IMG/VR virus record: IMGVR_UViG_3300009184_000049
Coordinates: 1 to 59,503 of that record
Reading direction: 5' to 3' (one strand)
Length of the DNA: 59,503 nucleotides
From: a virus
Taxonomy: Duplodnaviria; Caudoviricetes
The position numbers were made by a program, and so were the translations under genes. The notes beneath the pieces are model-generated. The model ran no database searches and was not told where the DNA came from. It saw only the letters and a program-made list of their open reading frames with translations. Within the stretch, counting starts at the first letter, position 1; each line of letters begins with the position of its first letter. Positions 48,856 to 56,873 of this stretch are shown piece after piece.

Positions 48856-51366
48856 TCATGTTGAGGTATATCCTGAGAAACCGCCACAGCCATCATAAAC
48901 ACAATTATTATATCCGCATGGAACGATGCTTATTGGACACCAGTAACAGTTTGTTGCACAAGTATTTCCTGCGGGTGCGGGTGCGACAGGTGCTGGAGCA
49001 ACTGGAGCAACTGGGGCGGGTGCAACAGGTGCTGGTGCATGGTCTCCATCACATCTATTTGGACAGCCATTAGGGGTCCAACATAAAGTTCCATTTCCGT
49101 ATGGTCCACAAGCACCTCCAGATAGTGCTGGATCGCAAGGGCTGCAATCTAATGCTACAGGTGTAGGTGCTGTTGGTGTAGGTGCAACAGGTGTAGGTGC
49201 AACTGGGGTAGGTGCATTTGGATTTGTACAAGATGAACCAGATGCTCCATTTTCTACACAGTTAACTCCTGTACCGCTACCGTTAGATGGGCAAGGGCTT
49301 GATGGATTTGGAGCATCTCCTGATGCACAATAATGCCATCCAGAAAGAAGTGAAGGATAAGAAGCAGTTGGTGTAGGAGCAACTGGTGTAGGGGCAACTG
49401 GTGTAGGTGCGGGGGTACATAGTGGTCCTGATGCAGTTCCATCTTTACAGTCACCATTAATTACATTTGCTTGAGTACATGGGCTTGCTGGGTTAGGAAC
49501 GTCACCATTTGTACAATAACGTAGTCCAGAAAGTAATGTTGGATAAGAAGCAGTTGGTGTAGGAGCAACTGGTGTAGGACATGCTGCTTGAGCATTAGCC
49601 ACAGCATTTTGATAGTTTGTAGTTGCTCCTGATTCTTGGCATCCTGCTATACTTCTATAATCTGATCTAGCAGTATTATTGTTAGGTCCATCAACAACTA
49701 ATGCTTCACCGCTACAGCATCCATAAGCGTAGTAGGTTGTGGCTGTTGGTGTAGGAGCAACAGGTGTAGGCGCTGTTGGTGTAGGAGCAACAGGTGTAGG
49801 CGCTGTTGGTGTAGGTGTTGATATTGGTCTACATTCTTCAAATCTATCTGAATAAACATATCCATCTGGACATGTTGGTGTAGGAGCAACAGGTGTAGGC
49901 GCTGTTGGTGTAGGTGTTGTCACACAACTTGATGGAGCAACTCTTGCAGAACTTGTTGAGCAGTCAATACTTGTTGCACCTATGTTGTTAAGAAGAGTGT
50001 TATAGACTGAGCATGCTTCATTAATGTTTGTAGTTAGAACGCTATCTGCATTTATAGAGAAACTTTCAACAACTGGTGCGCCCTGGTAGCAATATGAAAG
50101 ATAAACTGTTCCAGGGTTTACTACTTGCACTGTTGGACAACCAGAACCATAGCCAAGTTGTGAAACTATCTGTTCACTACTTAATCCTTGAGTGCTTGTT
50201 GTTCCAGTGTTTACAGTTGAACTTGATGGCTGTGTTCCATATGCTCCACCTCTCATAGCAGGAAATACTGGATCACAATAAGTATAAATGTCATATGTTG
50301 TTTGAGCAACTGGCGTTGGTGTTGGGGTATAGGGAACTCCATCACTATTGCAACATATTGTTGGATCAAAGCCACATGGATCTGAGAAACTTCCGCTAGT
50401 GTCTCCTGGTGGTGGACACACTAATGTAGGCGTTGGTGTTGGCGCAACTGGTGTTGGCGCAACTGGTGTTGGCGCAACTGGTGTTGGCGCAACTGGTGTG
50501 GGTGCTACTGGTGTTGGTGCAACTGGTGTTGGTGCTACAGGAGTAGGGGCAACAGGTGTAGGCGCTACAGGTGTTGGAGCAACAGGTGTTGGAGCAACAG
50601 GTGTAGGGGCAACAGGTGTAACTGGAGTTACTACGTTAAGTAAGTTTCCAAAAAAAAACCATGTATTGGTGTCTATTTTAACTAATGTGCCTTTTGAATA
50701 CTGTCCATCTAAAGACCGTATGTTAGATTTGCTATTAACTGATACTGCATTAGTTTCTGGATTAACAGTTACTGATCCCGCTCCTGTTTGAATTATATCA
50801 ATTGAATACCCTACTGGAATTTCTACTGAAGCATTTAATGGAAGTGTTACAGTCATTGGATTAGAAGAATACAAAATAGCAGTTTTGCCAACATCACTTG
50901 CAGATAAAATAAAATTTTCTGTTTTTGTTATAATTGTTCCAGCATTTGCAAGTCTTGGCTCAACATCAAATCTTTCGTCAACAGAGTTCCAATCAATAGC
51001 AGTTCCAGCAAGATTTGAATATTCTCCTGTAACACCGCTTACTGCTGATGAAATTGCTGTATTTACATATGTTTGTGTTGCAAGGTTTGCTGTGTTTGCT
51101 ATTCCGTGAATATTTGTTGTATCTGCTTCGTGAGCAGCAAGGGCTGCTGTAGCAGCAGTATCTGCATCTTTAAGGTTTTGAAGGTGTTTTGCTATTGAAG
51201 GTGTTACAAGATTTGCGGTATTTGTATTAGAACCATCATAAGTATAAGACCCATAGTGATAAAGTTTGAGGGCTGCTTGAATATCTGCTGCATCTGAAAG
51301 ACCAGGAACTTTTGCAGGGAAAAGACCAGTACCATTAACGGTATTATCAATGTTTTCTGCTGCCAT
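48856..51366 (-). CDS. virion fibre-like protein with mucin/extensin-like (PVAPT)n tracts and Cys-rich modules
   Basis: N-terminus shares HEADTTNIHGIANT and fibre-tip modules with other fibres; C-terminal two-thirds alternate Pro/Thr tracts with Cys-rich domains. Confidence 0.8.
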   Translation of the reverse strand: MAAENIDNTVNGTGLFPAKVPGLSDAADIQAALKLYHYGSYTYDGSNTNTANLVTPSIAKHLQNLKDADTAATAALAAHEADTTNIHGIANTANLATQTYVNTAISSAVSGVTGEYSNLAGTAIDWNSVDERFDVEPRLANAGTIITKTENFILSASDVGKTAILYSSNPMTVTLPLNASVEIPVGYSIDIIQTGAGSVTVNPETNAVSVNSKSNIRSLDGQYSKGTLVKIDTNTWFFFGNLLNVVTPVTPVAPTPVAPTPVAPTPVAPTPVAPTPVAPTPVAPTPVAPTPVAPTPVAPTPVAPTPVAPTPTPTLVCPPPGDTSGSFSDPCGFDPTICCNSDGVPYTPTPTPVAQTTYDIYTYCDPVFPAMRGGAYGTQPSSSTVNTGTTSTQGLSSEQIVSQLGYGSGCPTVQVVNPGTVYLSYCYQGAPVVESFSINADSVLTTNINEACSVYNTLLNNIGATSIDCSTSSARVAPSSCVTTPTPTAPTPVAPTPTCPDGYVYSDRFEECRPISTPTPTAPTPVAPTPTAPTPVAPTPTATTYYAYGCCSGEALVVDGPNNNTARSDYRSIAGCQESGATTNYQNAVANAQAACPTPVAPTPTASYPTLLSGLRYCTNGDVPNPASPCTQANVINGDCKDGTASGPLCTPAPTPVAPTPVAPTPTASYPSLLSGWHYCASGDAPNPSSPCPSNGSGTGVNCVENGASGSSCTNPNAPTPVAPTPVAPTPTAPTPVALDCSPCDPALSGGACGPYGNGTLCWTPNGCPNRCDGDHAPAPVAPAPVAPVAPAPVAPAPAGNTCATNCYWCPISIVPCGYNNCVYDGCGGFSGYTST
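50435..50620 (-). repeat. 15-bp tandem repeat encoding (PVAPT)x12
   Basis: Units counted by hand; shorter tracts occur between about 48970 and 49915. Confidence 0.95.
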
Positions 51367-51385
51367 TATAGATCACCCTGTTTCA

Positions 51386-51991
51386 TTATACCACCGTAAT
51401 AAAAAGATGAACCATCTTCTCACCAGACATGGGTGCCCAGTTACCGTTCAAGAATTCTACTCCTTGTATTTCAAGTGGTAAGGCTAAAAAGCCTTGAGTA
51501 GTGATTAATTCTTTAATTATAAGGTTTGTTGCTAAAGGACCAGACGCTGATGATGATGATATTGAATACTGAATATTAAACCTAGAAGAACTTACGGTTC
51601 CCTCTCCTACATCATATATATCTGTAACATTGATTGGTGGAATTGTTATTTTACCACTTACTGGTGTTAGTGGTCCTTTTACTTCTGAATAAAAATTTGT
51701 TTTTAGGCTAAGTAATGGAGTCCATTGTGTTCCAGTTGGTCCTGCAATTCTTTGAAATACTGTTTTATATGTTGAAGAAGATGGATTGTAATCAATTGCA
51801 ATATCTAATGCTTGAATTCCTTCTGGAATATTTAATATTTCAGCATGAACGCTTGCATCTTGTGGGTTTCCATTCGATCCTACAATAATACTTCCACGAT
51901 CACCTTGTGGTCCAAAATCCAAATCAAGGTTTACTGTTTCTGGACCGCCAAAAACTGTAAGGTCATCGTTTGATAACAGTATGTCTGCCAA
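51386..51991 (-). CDS. putative virion protein with a short collagen-like motif
   Basis: GPQGDRGS; structural context. Confidence 0.55.
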   Translation of the reverse strand: MADILLSNDDLTVFGGPETVNLDLDFGPQGDRGSIIVGSNGNPQDASVHAEILNIPEGIQALDIAIDYNPSSSTYKTVFQRIAGPTGTQWTPLLSLKTNFYSEVKGPLTPVSGKITIPPINVTDIYDVGEGTVSSSRFNIQYSISSSSASGPLATNLIIKELITTQGFLALPLEIQGVEFLNGNWAPMSGEKMVHLFITVV

Positions 51992-51992
51992 T

Positions 51993-52424
51993 TTATGCTC
52001 CAGTAACTTGATCAGTTATTGTTATTTTACCTGTAAGTAATGTGTGAACAAGTGAATATTGTCCAGTTCCTGCAGCACCTGCTGGCTTAGTAACTTCTAC
52101 ATCGTATACATATTCTGTTCCAGCAATAAGTGTTGTTGAGTCTTCTGGCCTAATTGCACATTGAACAAAAGTATTATCATCTGATATTCTTGCAAAGCAA
52201 TTAACTTTAACTCCAGCAGATCCTCTAATATTTGCAATTGTAAACCTTGCACTGTCATATGGGGCAACCGTATCAGTAACATCGTCTATTGCTGTAGTAT
52301 TATTTGATGCAATCTGATATGCTGAAAGATTAAAAACGGTTCCATCGTTCTTTTTTGGGTAGATACGAAACTCAAAAGTATCACCCTTATAGTAGTTAAA
52401 GTCATAGGTCGCTGGAAATGCCAT
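51993..52424 (-). CDS. BppU N-terminal-like Ig-fold protein
   Basis: YYKGDT...YVYDVEV...LLTGKITI..QVT; TGGTATAAT-N6-ATG. Confidence 0.6.
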   Translation of the reverse strand: MAFPATYDFNYYKGDTFEFRIYPKKNDGTVFNLSAYQIASNNTTAIDDVTDTVAPYDSARFTIANIRGSAGVKVNCFARISDDNTFVQCAIRPEDSTTLIAGTEYVYDVEVTKPAGAAGTGQYSLVHTLLTGKITITDQVTGA

Positions 52425-52431
52425 GGTTTTA

Positions 52432-53160
52432 TTATACCACGCTGACGTATATAGATTTGATAATTACTGATGCATCATAATCTGTACGTATTTGAGGGAT
52501 TGCCCCATTACCCCAAATTTTTTGATTTTCAATAAATACATGTTGAGTTACAGTAATTGGATATGTGTGCTGATATTTGAGGGAACCAATAAATTGAGCA
52601 ATATCTAACTGGCTATTAGCAGAATAAGTTCTAACCCATACCTCTGTATTACTGCTATGGGTTGTTAGTTCAAAACTGTAGGTTATAAAAACTTGAGAGC
52701 CTTCTTTTAACCCTTTAAAATTAAAAGATCTAGAGTGATCATTCCACAAAGATGTACAACCTTTTGGAATATATTTTTCATTTGAAAGTCCTTCAGAATT
52801 TAAGAATACTGTTACCCATCCATCATCTCCTTCTGAAATTCCAAGTTTTATTGGTTTTTCAATTTTGTTAGTATAAGAAGCCCACCCTGCTTGTTGACCT
52901 GAAGAGGATAGACTGCTAAGTCCATCTGCCCCTTTTGGTCCCTTTTCACCTTTTGGTCCAATGTTTCCCGTGAAACCTTGTTCTCCTTTTTCTCCATCTT
53001 TCCCATCTCTACCTGCTGGTCCTTGAGGACCTTGGGGTCCAGGAACTGGAAGAAATGATAGTGTGTTTTCTTGATAAGGAGATGCTTGTGTTTGTTCAAC
53101 TTGTGCAGCATAAGAAGATTTTTTTGAACCAGGAAAATCCATAGATTTGGAAGCAGTCAT
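52432..53160 (-). CDS. collagen-repeat protein with beta-sandwich C-terminal head
   Basis: About 14 Gly-X-Y triplets (GPQGPQGPAGRDG...). Confidence 0.75.
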   Translation of the reverse strand: MTASKSMDFPGSKKSSYAAQVEQTQASPYQENTLSFLPVPGPQGPQGPAGRDGKDGEKGEQGFTGNIGPKGEKGPKGADGLSSLSSSGQQAGWASYTNKIEKPIKLGISEGDDGWVTVFLNSEGLSNEKYIPKGCTSLWNDHSRSFNFKGLKEGSQVFITYSFELTTHSSNTEVWVRTYSANSQLDIAQFIGSLKYQHTYPITVTQHVFIENQKIWGNGAIPQIRTDYDASVIIKSIYVSVV

Positions 53161-53178
53161 AAAGATATTATCTCATGA

Positions 53179-53265
53179 CTATTTATTTACTTTAAAGGTT
53201 TTATCTTTAATTTTAATTATTGCTGGTAACTCAGGTCTAGGGGTTGTAATTTTTACAACTGACAT
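53179..53265 (-). CDS. 28-aa small protein MSVVKITTPRPELPAIIKIKDKTFKVNK (not in the ORF track)
   Basis: TAATG coupling to the upstream stop; fills the gap. Confidence 0.55.
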   Translation of the reverse strand: MSVVKITTPRPELPAIIKIKDKTFKVNK

Positions 53266-53645
53266 TATAGGCTACCTGTAATATCTCCAAGTACAGAGAT
53301 AGTTCCAATCAATGGTGTCCAAATTGTTTCTCCATCAATAGTTACTTGAAGGTCAAAAGTTAATTCTGTTACAACTGATTTATAACCAGTACCCCAAAGT
53401 GCAGTAATAGATGCTGGAGCCAAAATATCTACATATCCATTTCCTGCTGTAATTTCAAGGGAATCGAGAGCATCAGACTGAGGATCATAAGAAGTAGCCT
53501 CATAGGTCCAATCGGAAGTATCAAAATATGTAACTTCGTCATCTTGCAAAAATTCAACACGAAGCGGAGAAGTATCTCCTCTAACGATTTGCCATTTAAT
53601 TCTGGCTGGATCTGCTCCAAAAACTTCTGGTCCATGCATAGTCAT
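53265..53645 (-). CDS. BppU N-terminal-like Ig-fold protein
   Basis: IVRGDT...FDLQV...GTISV..DIT; TGGTATAAT-N6-ATG. Confidence 0.55.
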   Translation of the reverse strand: MTMHGPEVFGADPARIKWQIVRGDTSPLRVEFLQDDEVTYFDTSDWTYEATSYDPQSDALDSLEITAGNGYVDILAPASITALWGTGYKSVVTELTFDLQVTIDGETIWTPLIGTISVLGDITGSL

Positions 53646-53661
53646 AATGTGATTATACCAT

Positions 53662-53717
53662 AAAAAAGACTAACACCTTGATTGGTGGGTATAGGACAAA
53701 CCAAGGTATTAGCCAGT
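53662..53717 (-). ncRNA. candidate ~55-nt hairpin small RNA (or attenuator/terminator)
   Basis: TGGTATAAT at 53724-53732, then a 16-bp stem with three G-U pairs on the minus strand, then a U-run. Confidence 0.45.
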
Positions 53718-53921
53718 ATTAAAATTATACCATAATAGACAAAATGAACTATAAAGTAAAGGTTTTATAAAAGTTATACAATTGTTATAATAGGAAATGT
53801 CCATATTGTTACTATAAGTCTATTTTAGCCATAGGTTTGATAGTGTATACTTAAAAGATATAAGAAATAAGAACTATCTTTATAGTTTTAAAAACTATCT
53901 TTATATATAGTATATAGCAAA

Positions 53922-54191
53922 TTACCGTTTATTAACTTTTGCAATATGGTCAATTAAAATTTGATACATTTCATCAAGTTTCTTTTCTTGGCGATCTCTA
54001 GATTTAATAGAATCAATTCTTTGTTCGTCTAAAGCGGTTTCTAATCTTGAAATTTGATCTTTCATCGATGACCCAGAATTTGGCTTAAGTTCGCTTAGAT
54101 AATGTTTTACCATCCACTTGATTGCAAAGGCGATTGATGATACAATTGTAAGTATCGCTACGATTAAGGAAGCCCAGTCTTGCACAGTCAT
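53922..54191 (-). CDS. small membrane protein, holin-like (single TM plus coiled coil)
   Basis: N-terminal TM; ELKPNSGSSMKDQI motif of actinophage membrane proteins. Confidence 0.6.
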   Translation of the reverse strand: MTVQDWASLIVAILTIVSSIAFAIKWMVKHYLSELKPNSGSSMKDQISRLETALDEQRIDSIKSRDRQEKKLDEMYQILIDHIAKVNKR

Positions 54192-54220
54192 AACATTATT
54201 ATAAGGGACGTTTATCTAAA

Positions 54221-54991
54221 ATGAAAACTAGTATACTTAATACATTGGAGTATTCTAAGAATTTAATTATATCTCCTGACATGGATGGTTTTATGTCCGC
54301 AAAATTACTAGAGCGTTTTAACGGTTCGAAAATAGTGGGTTCATATGATAAAAATATTTTATGTTTGGCCGACGGAATAGATCCAGAGAAATGTTTGTTT
54401 GTTGACTGTGACATGAATAGACAAGAGTTTGTATCTCTTGGAAATCATATGCGACTAATAGAAGACGGTATGTCAGTTGAGTCGTTTAATCCAAATGTTC
54501 ACTTTGGCGTGACGACATATAGCGACAAGTTTCCTTACGCAACCGCCTTTTTGATAAGTTTCGCAATAGAGGCTAACCTTTCCGAACAAGACCTTATACG
54601 CATGGCTTTCGCTGACTCAACTCTCAAGAACATGGAGAAATACAGCGATAACATGCGAAACTGGTCTAAACGGATGGATCATGATGCAGTTCGTTATATA
54701 ATAGACAATTCGGACATTGCAAAAAAGAATGATGCACAGGCAAGGTTTGATTATGTAGACCAAGCCTTTGTATCTAAAAGATACGGCAAGCAACGATATC
54801 TGGATACCCTTAATAACGCCCTACAAAGCCAGGAGATGAAGTTTGAGCCACTAGTCCAGGGTATGAAGTATGTATGTGACAAAGTTGGCATAGAAACCCT
54901 TATAAGGTATAATAGAGATATCATCTCTTATGCAGAGATATTTACAGGAGAATATTCTGTTACATACGACCAAGAAAAGGAATGGACATGA
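54221..54991 (+). CDS. DHH-phosphoesterase-like protein (degenerate)
   Basis: SPDMDG (DxDG), FVD, GNH where DHH is expected, NPN. Confidence 0.45.
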   Translation: MKTSILNTLEYSKNLIISPDMDGFMSAKLLERFNGSKIVGSYDKNILCLADGIDPEKCLFVDCDMNRQEFVSLGNHMRLIEDGMSVESFNPNVHFGVTTYSDKFPYATAFLISFAIEANLSEQDLIRMAFADSTLKNMEKYSDNMRNWSKRMDHDAVRYIIDNSDIAKKNDAQARFDYVDQAFVSKRYGKQRYLDTLNNALQSQEMKFEPLVQGMKYVCDKVGIETLIRYNRDIISYAEIFTGEYSVTYDQEKEWT

Positions 54992-55173
54992 GCCGACAAG
55001 AAGTAATTGAAATAATGATAGAGACAGTAAATAATTATAATAAAAATTTAATGGCGCAATCTAAAATGAACCAAGAAGATATTACAAAAAATATTGATTC
55101 GCAATATCCAGCATTGCAGTATATGATGGGTTTGATCTATGATGATCTAGAAGTTAAAGATGTCTTTAAGTAA
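54982..55173 (+). CDS. hypothetical protein
   Basis: Overlaps the upstream stop; AAGGA SD. Confidence 0.55.
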   Translation: MDMSRQEVIEIMIETVNNYNKNLMAQSKMNQEDITKNIDSQYPALQYMMGLIYDDLEVKDVFK

Positions 55174-55211
55174 AATCTGAAAATTTATATACCGTCGAAG
55201 TTTGACAAACC

Positions 55212-55394
55212 TTATTTGCCACAAGAACAGCCAGAGCAAGAACAAGAGGTTTGAGCAAGTAGGTTTGTATCATCTGGTCTGCCTAAGTCTTCCCAAAACT
55301 TTTCTCTGCCCATAGAGTCTTTTTCTACTATTTGCTTTGACTCAAAAAGGAAGTCTTCATCCCAGGCGTTTTCTAGATTGTCTAATACTCCCAT
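55212..55394 (-). CDS. 60-aa acidic protein with C-terminal SCSCSGCSCGK
   Basis: TATAAT-N7-ATG (MGVLDNLENAW). Confidence 0.55.
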   Translation of the reverse strand: MGVLDNLENAWDEDFLFESKQIVEKDSMGREKFWEDLGRPDDTNLLAQTSCSCSGCSCGK

Positions 55395-55546
55395 ACCGTT
55401 CATTATACAGCAATTCTGAAAAATTTTATAAAACCCAAATAGCCTAAAATCTGAATATTTTGTCCAGATGTATGATACACACAATAAAAAATAAATACAC
55501 AAAAAATAGTGTGCCCATTGCAGACACACCATTGATCTTGCAAACC

Positions 55547-55732
55547 CTATACCTTGGGTGCGCTACCTCTTATCCACCCACTATGGATGCCTACTAGTGG
55601 AGCATCTATACACACCGACTGCCCTTGGTGTAGTGTAGCCTTGTATAGTTCGATGAACTCTAGGACATGCGCCTTAGTATCGAAATTCATTTGTTTAGTA
55701 GCACCTGATGTGCTTGTTAATGTTACTATCAT
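55547..55732 (-). CDS. small early protein (paralogue of 57859-58044)
   Basis: Shared pattern TL...SG.TK......K..V..FI..Y...L..G.SV......G..SG..RG. Confidence 0.7.
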   Translation of the reverse strand: MIVTLTSTSGATKQMNFDTKAHVLEFIELYKATLHQGQSVCIDAPLVGIHSGWIRGSAPKV

Positions 55733-55855
55733 TTATTTACCCCCGAATATAAAGCATAGCCCTAATGCTATTGCTACACCGATGAATGCACCTATTGGCG
55801 CACCTACATCAGCATTCTCATCAAGCCAATCAATCATATATGTAAAAGGATTCAT
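55733..55855 (-). CDS. 40-aa single-TM protein (MNPFTYMIDW...)
   Basis: Abuts both neighbours; hydrophobic C-terminus. Confidence 0.6.
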   Translation of the reverse strand: MNPFTYMIDWLDENADVGAPIGAFIGVAIALGLCFIFGGK

Positions 55856-56071
55856 TTACTTACCTACCTTGTTAGCAAATACCCATTTGCTCTCGTTAGG
55901 GGATAGGTATTTGTGAGAGATAAGGTTCTCACTTGCTACCATGTAGACATAAGCCATACGGCTAATGTAATTGCCATTTGATAGGCGAAAGATATTGTTA
56001 TTCTTAGTATTGCTACTAGACATAGGGTGAGTAGGCTCGGCTACTACTGTTATTGTATTTAGTGTATTCAT
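55856..56071 (-). CDS. small early protein
   Basis: GAAAGGTG SD; first gene of the leftward unit. Confidence 0.65.
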   Translation of the reverse strand: MNTLNTITVVAEPTHPMSSSNTKNNNIFRLSNGNYISRMAYVYMVASENLISHKYLSPNESKWVFANKVGK

Positions 56072-56229
56072 TTGATGAACACCTTTCGTTTATTCGATAA
56101 CCTTGTGTTATCTTTTCCTTGACCTAGGTTATTTGCTCTTATTTGCTACGCTCATACTATTTCTAGTCTTATTTGGTAGGCTCAGAGGCTCACTAGGATT
56201 TTTCCTTATTTAATTTTTCTTATACTAGA

Positions 56230-56258
56230 AGTATAGCATAGAAATGTCAAAAAGTCAA
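56230..56258 (-). promoter_or_regulatory. sigma-A promoter TTGACT-N17-TATACT (leftward)
   Basis: Near-consensus hexamers with TG extension. Confidence 0.8.
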
Positions 56259-56386
56259 GTTTAGACACGGACAAATCGGACATTTTCTATGTGATATACA
56301 CCACATTGATCGCACGTGCCATTTGTCAAGTCGACACACCGATACTAGTAGTATTGTTACCTAATTGTTATAATTCCCCTGGAAAA

Positions 56387-56418
56387 TGTGATGTACCTCA
56401 CATGTGACCTACCTCACA
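56387..56418. promoter_or_regulatory. two abutting perfect CRP/GlxR boxes (TGTGA-N6-TCACA)
   Basis: 56387-56402 and 56403-56418; a near-match at 56290-56305. Confidence 0.75.
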
Positions 56419-56451
56419 ATGTCCGTTTTACCCTATTTATACCCCTCTAAA

Positions 56452-56473
56452 TGTCAGACCCCCCTGCTATACT
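56452..56473 (+). promoter_or_regulatory. TGTCAG-N10-TATACT promoter (RecA-NDp/PafBC-type)
   Basis: Same architecture at 57804-57825 and 58921-58942. Confidence 0.65.
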
Positions 56474-56529
56474 TACAGTATAAAGAAAAACAAGAGGTAA
56501 AGAAATCCTCTAAAGAAAGGTGGTCTAAA

Positions 56530-56709
56530 ATGACTACACTAGAAATAACAAAGTGCGTAGAGCACACTCCTAATAAATCTGCTATCTCAGAATACGCAGA
56601 TACACAATTCACATTCTGTGAGTCTTGTGAAAATAACATTGAGCGTTGGTATAACGATACCGACCCAGAGCGTCTACCTATGTGGACAGAATGGAAGGTG
56701 TCTAAATGA
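56530..56709 (+). CDS. small early Zn-binding-like protein (start MTTLEIT)
   Basis: GAAAGGTGG SD; C..H and CESC. Confidence 0.7.
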   Translation: MTTLEITKCVEHTPNKSAISEYADTQFTFCESCENNIERWYNDTDPERLPMWTEWKVSK

Positions 56710-56873
56710 GTATTTGGACTAAGTTCGCTACTGTAAGCGACTACCCTAAAGGGCTAATGAATTTATGCCCTTGCGGTCAAGTGGTATTAGCACCCGCTAT
56801 GTATCACGAAGGTTTCCCTTGGTGGGAAAACCCTAATAAATGTAAAGAACTATTTGAGGGAGTAACTAAATGA
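56706..56873 (+). CDS. 55-aa early protein (MSIWTKF..., CPCG)
   Basis: ATGA overlap; translated by hand. Confidence 0.6.
   Translation: MSIWTKFATVSDYPKGLMNLCPCGQVVLAPAMYHEGFPWWENPNKCKELFEGVTK

Noticed and set aside
56404-56529. Upstream GTG start for the 101-aa ORF
   Set aside because: It overlaps CRP boxes and the promoter; the SD-led ATG at 56530 is more plausible
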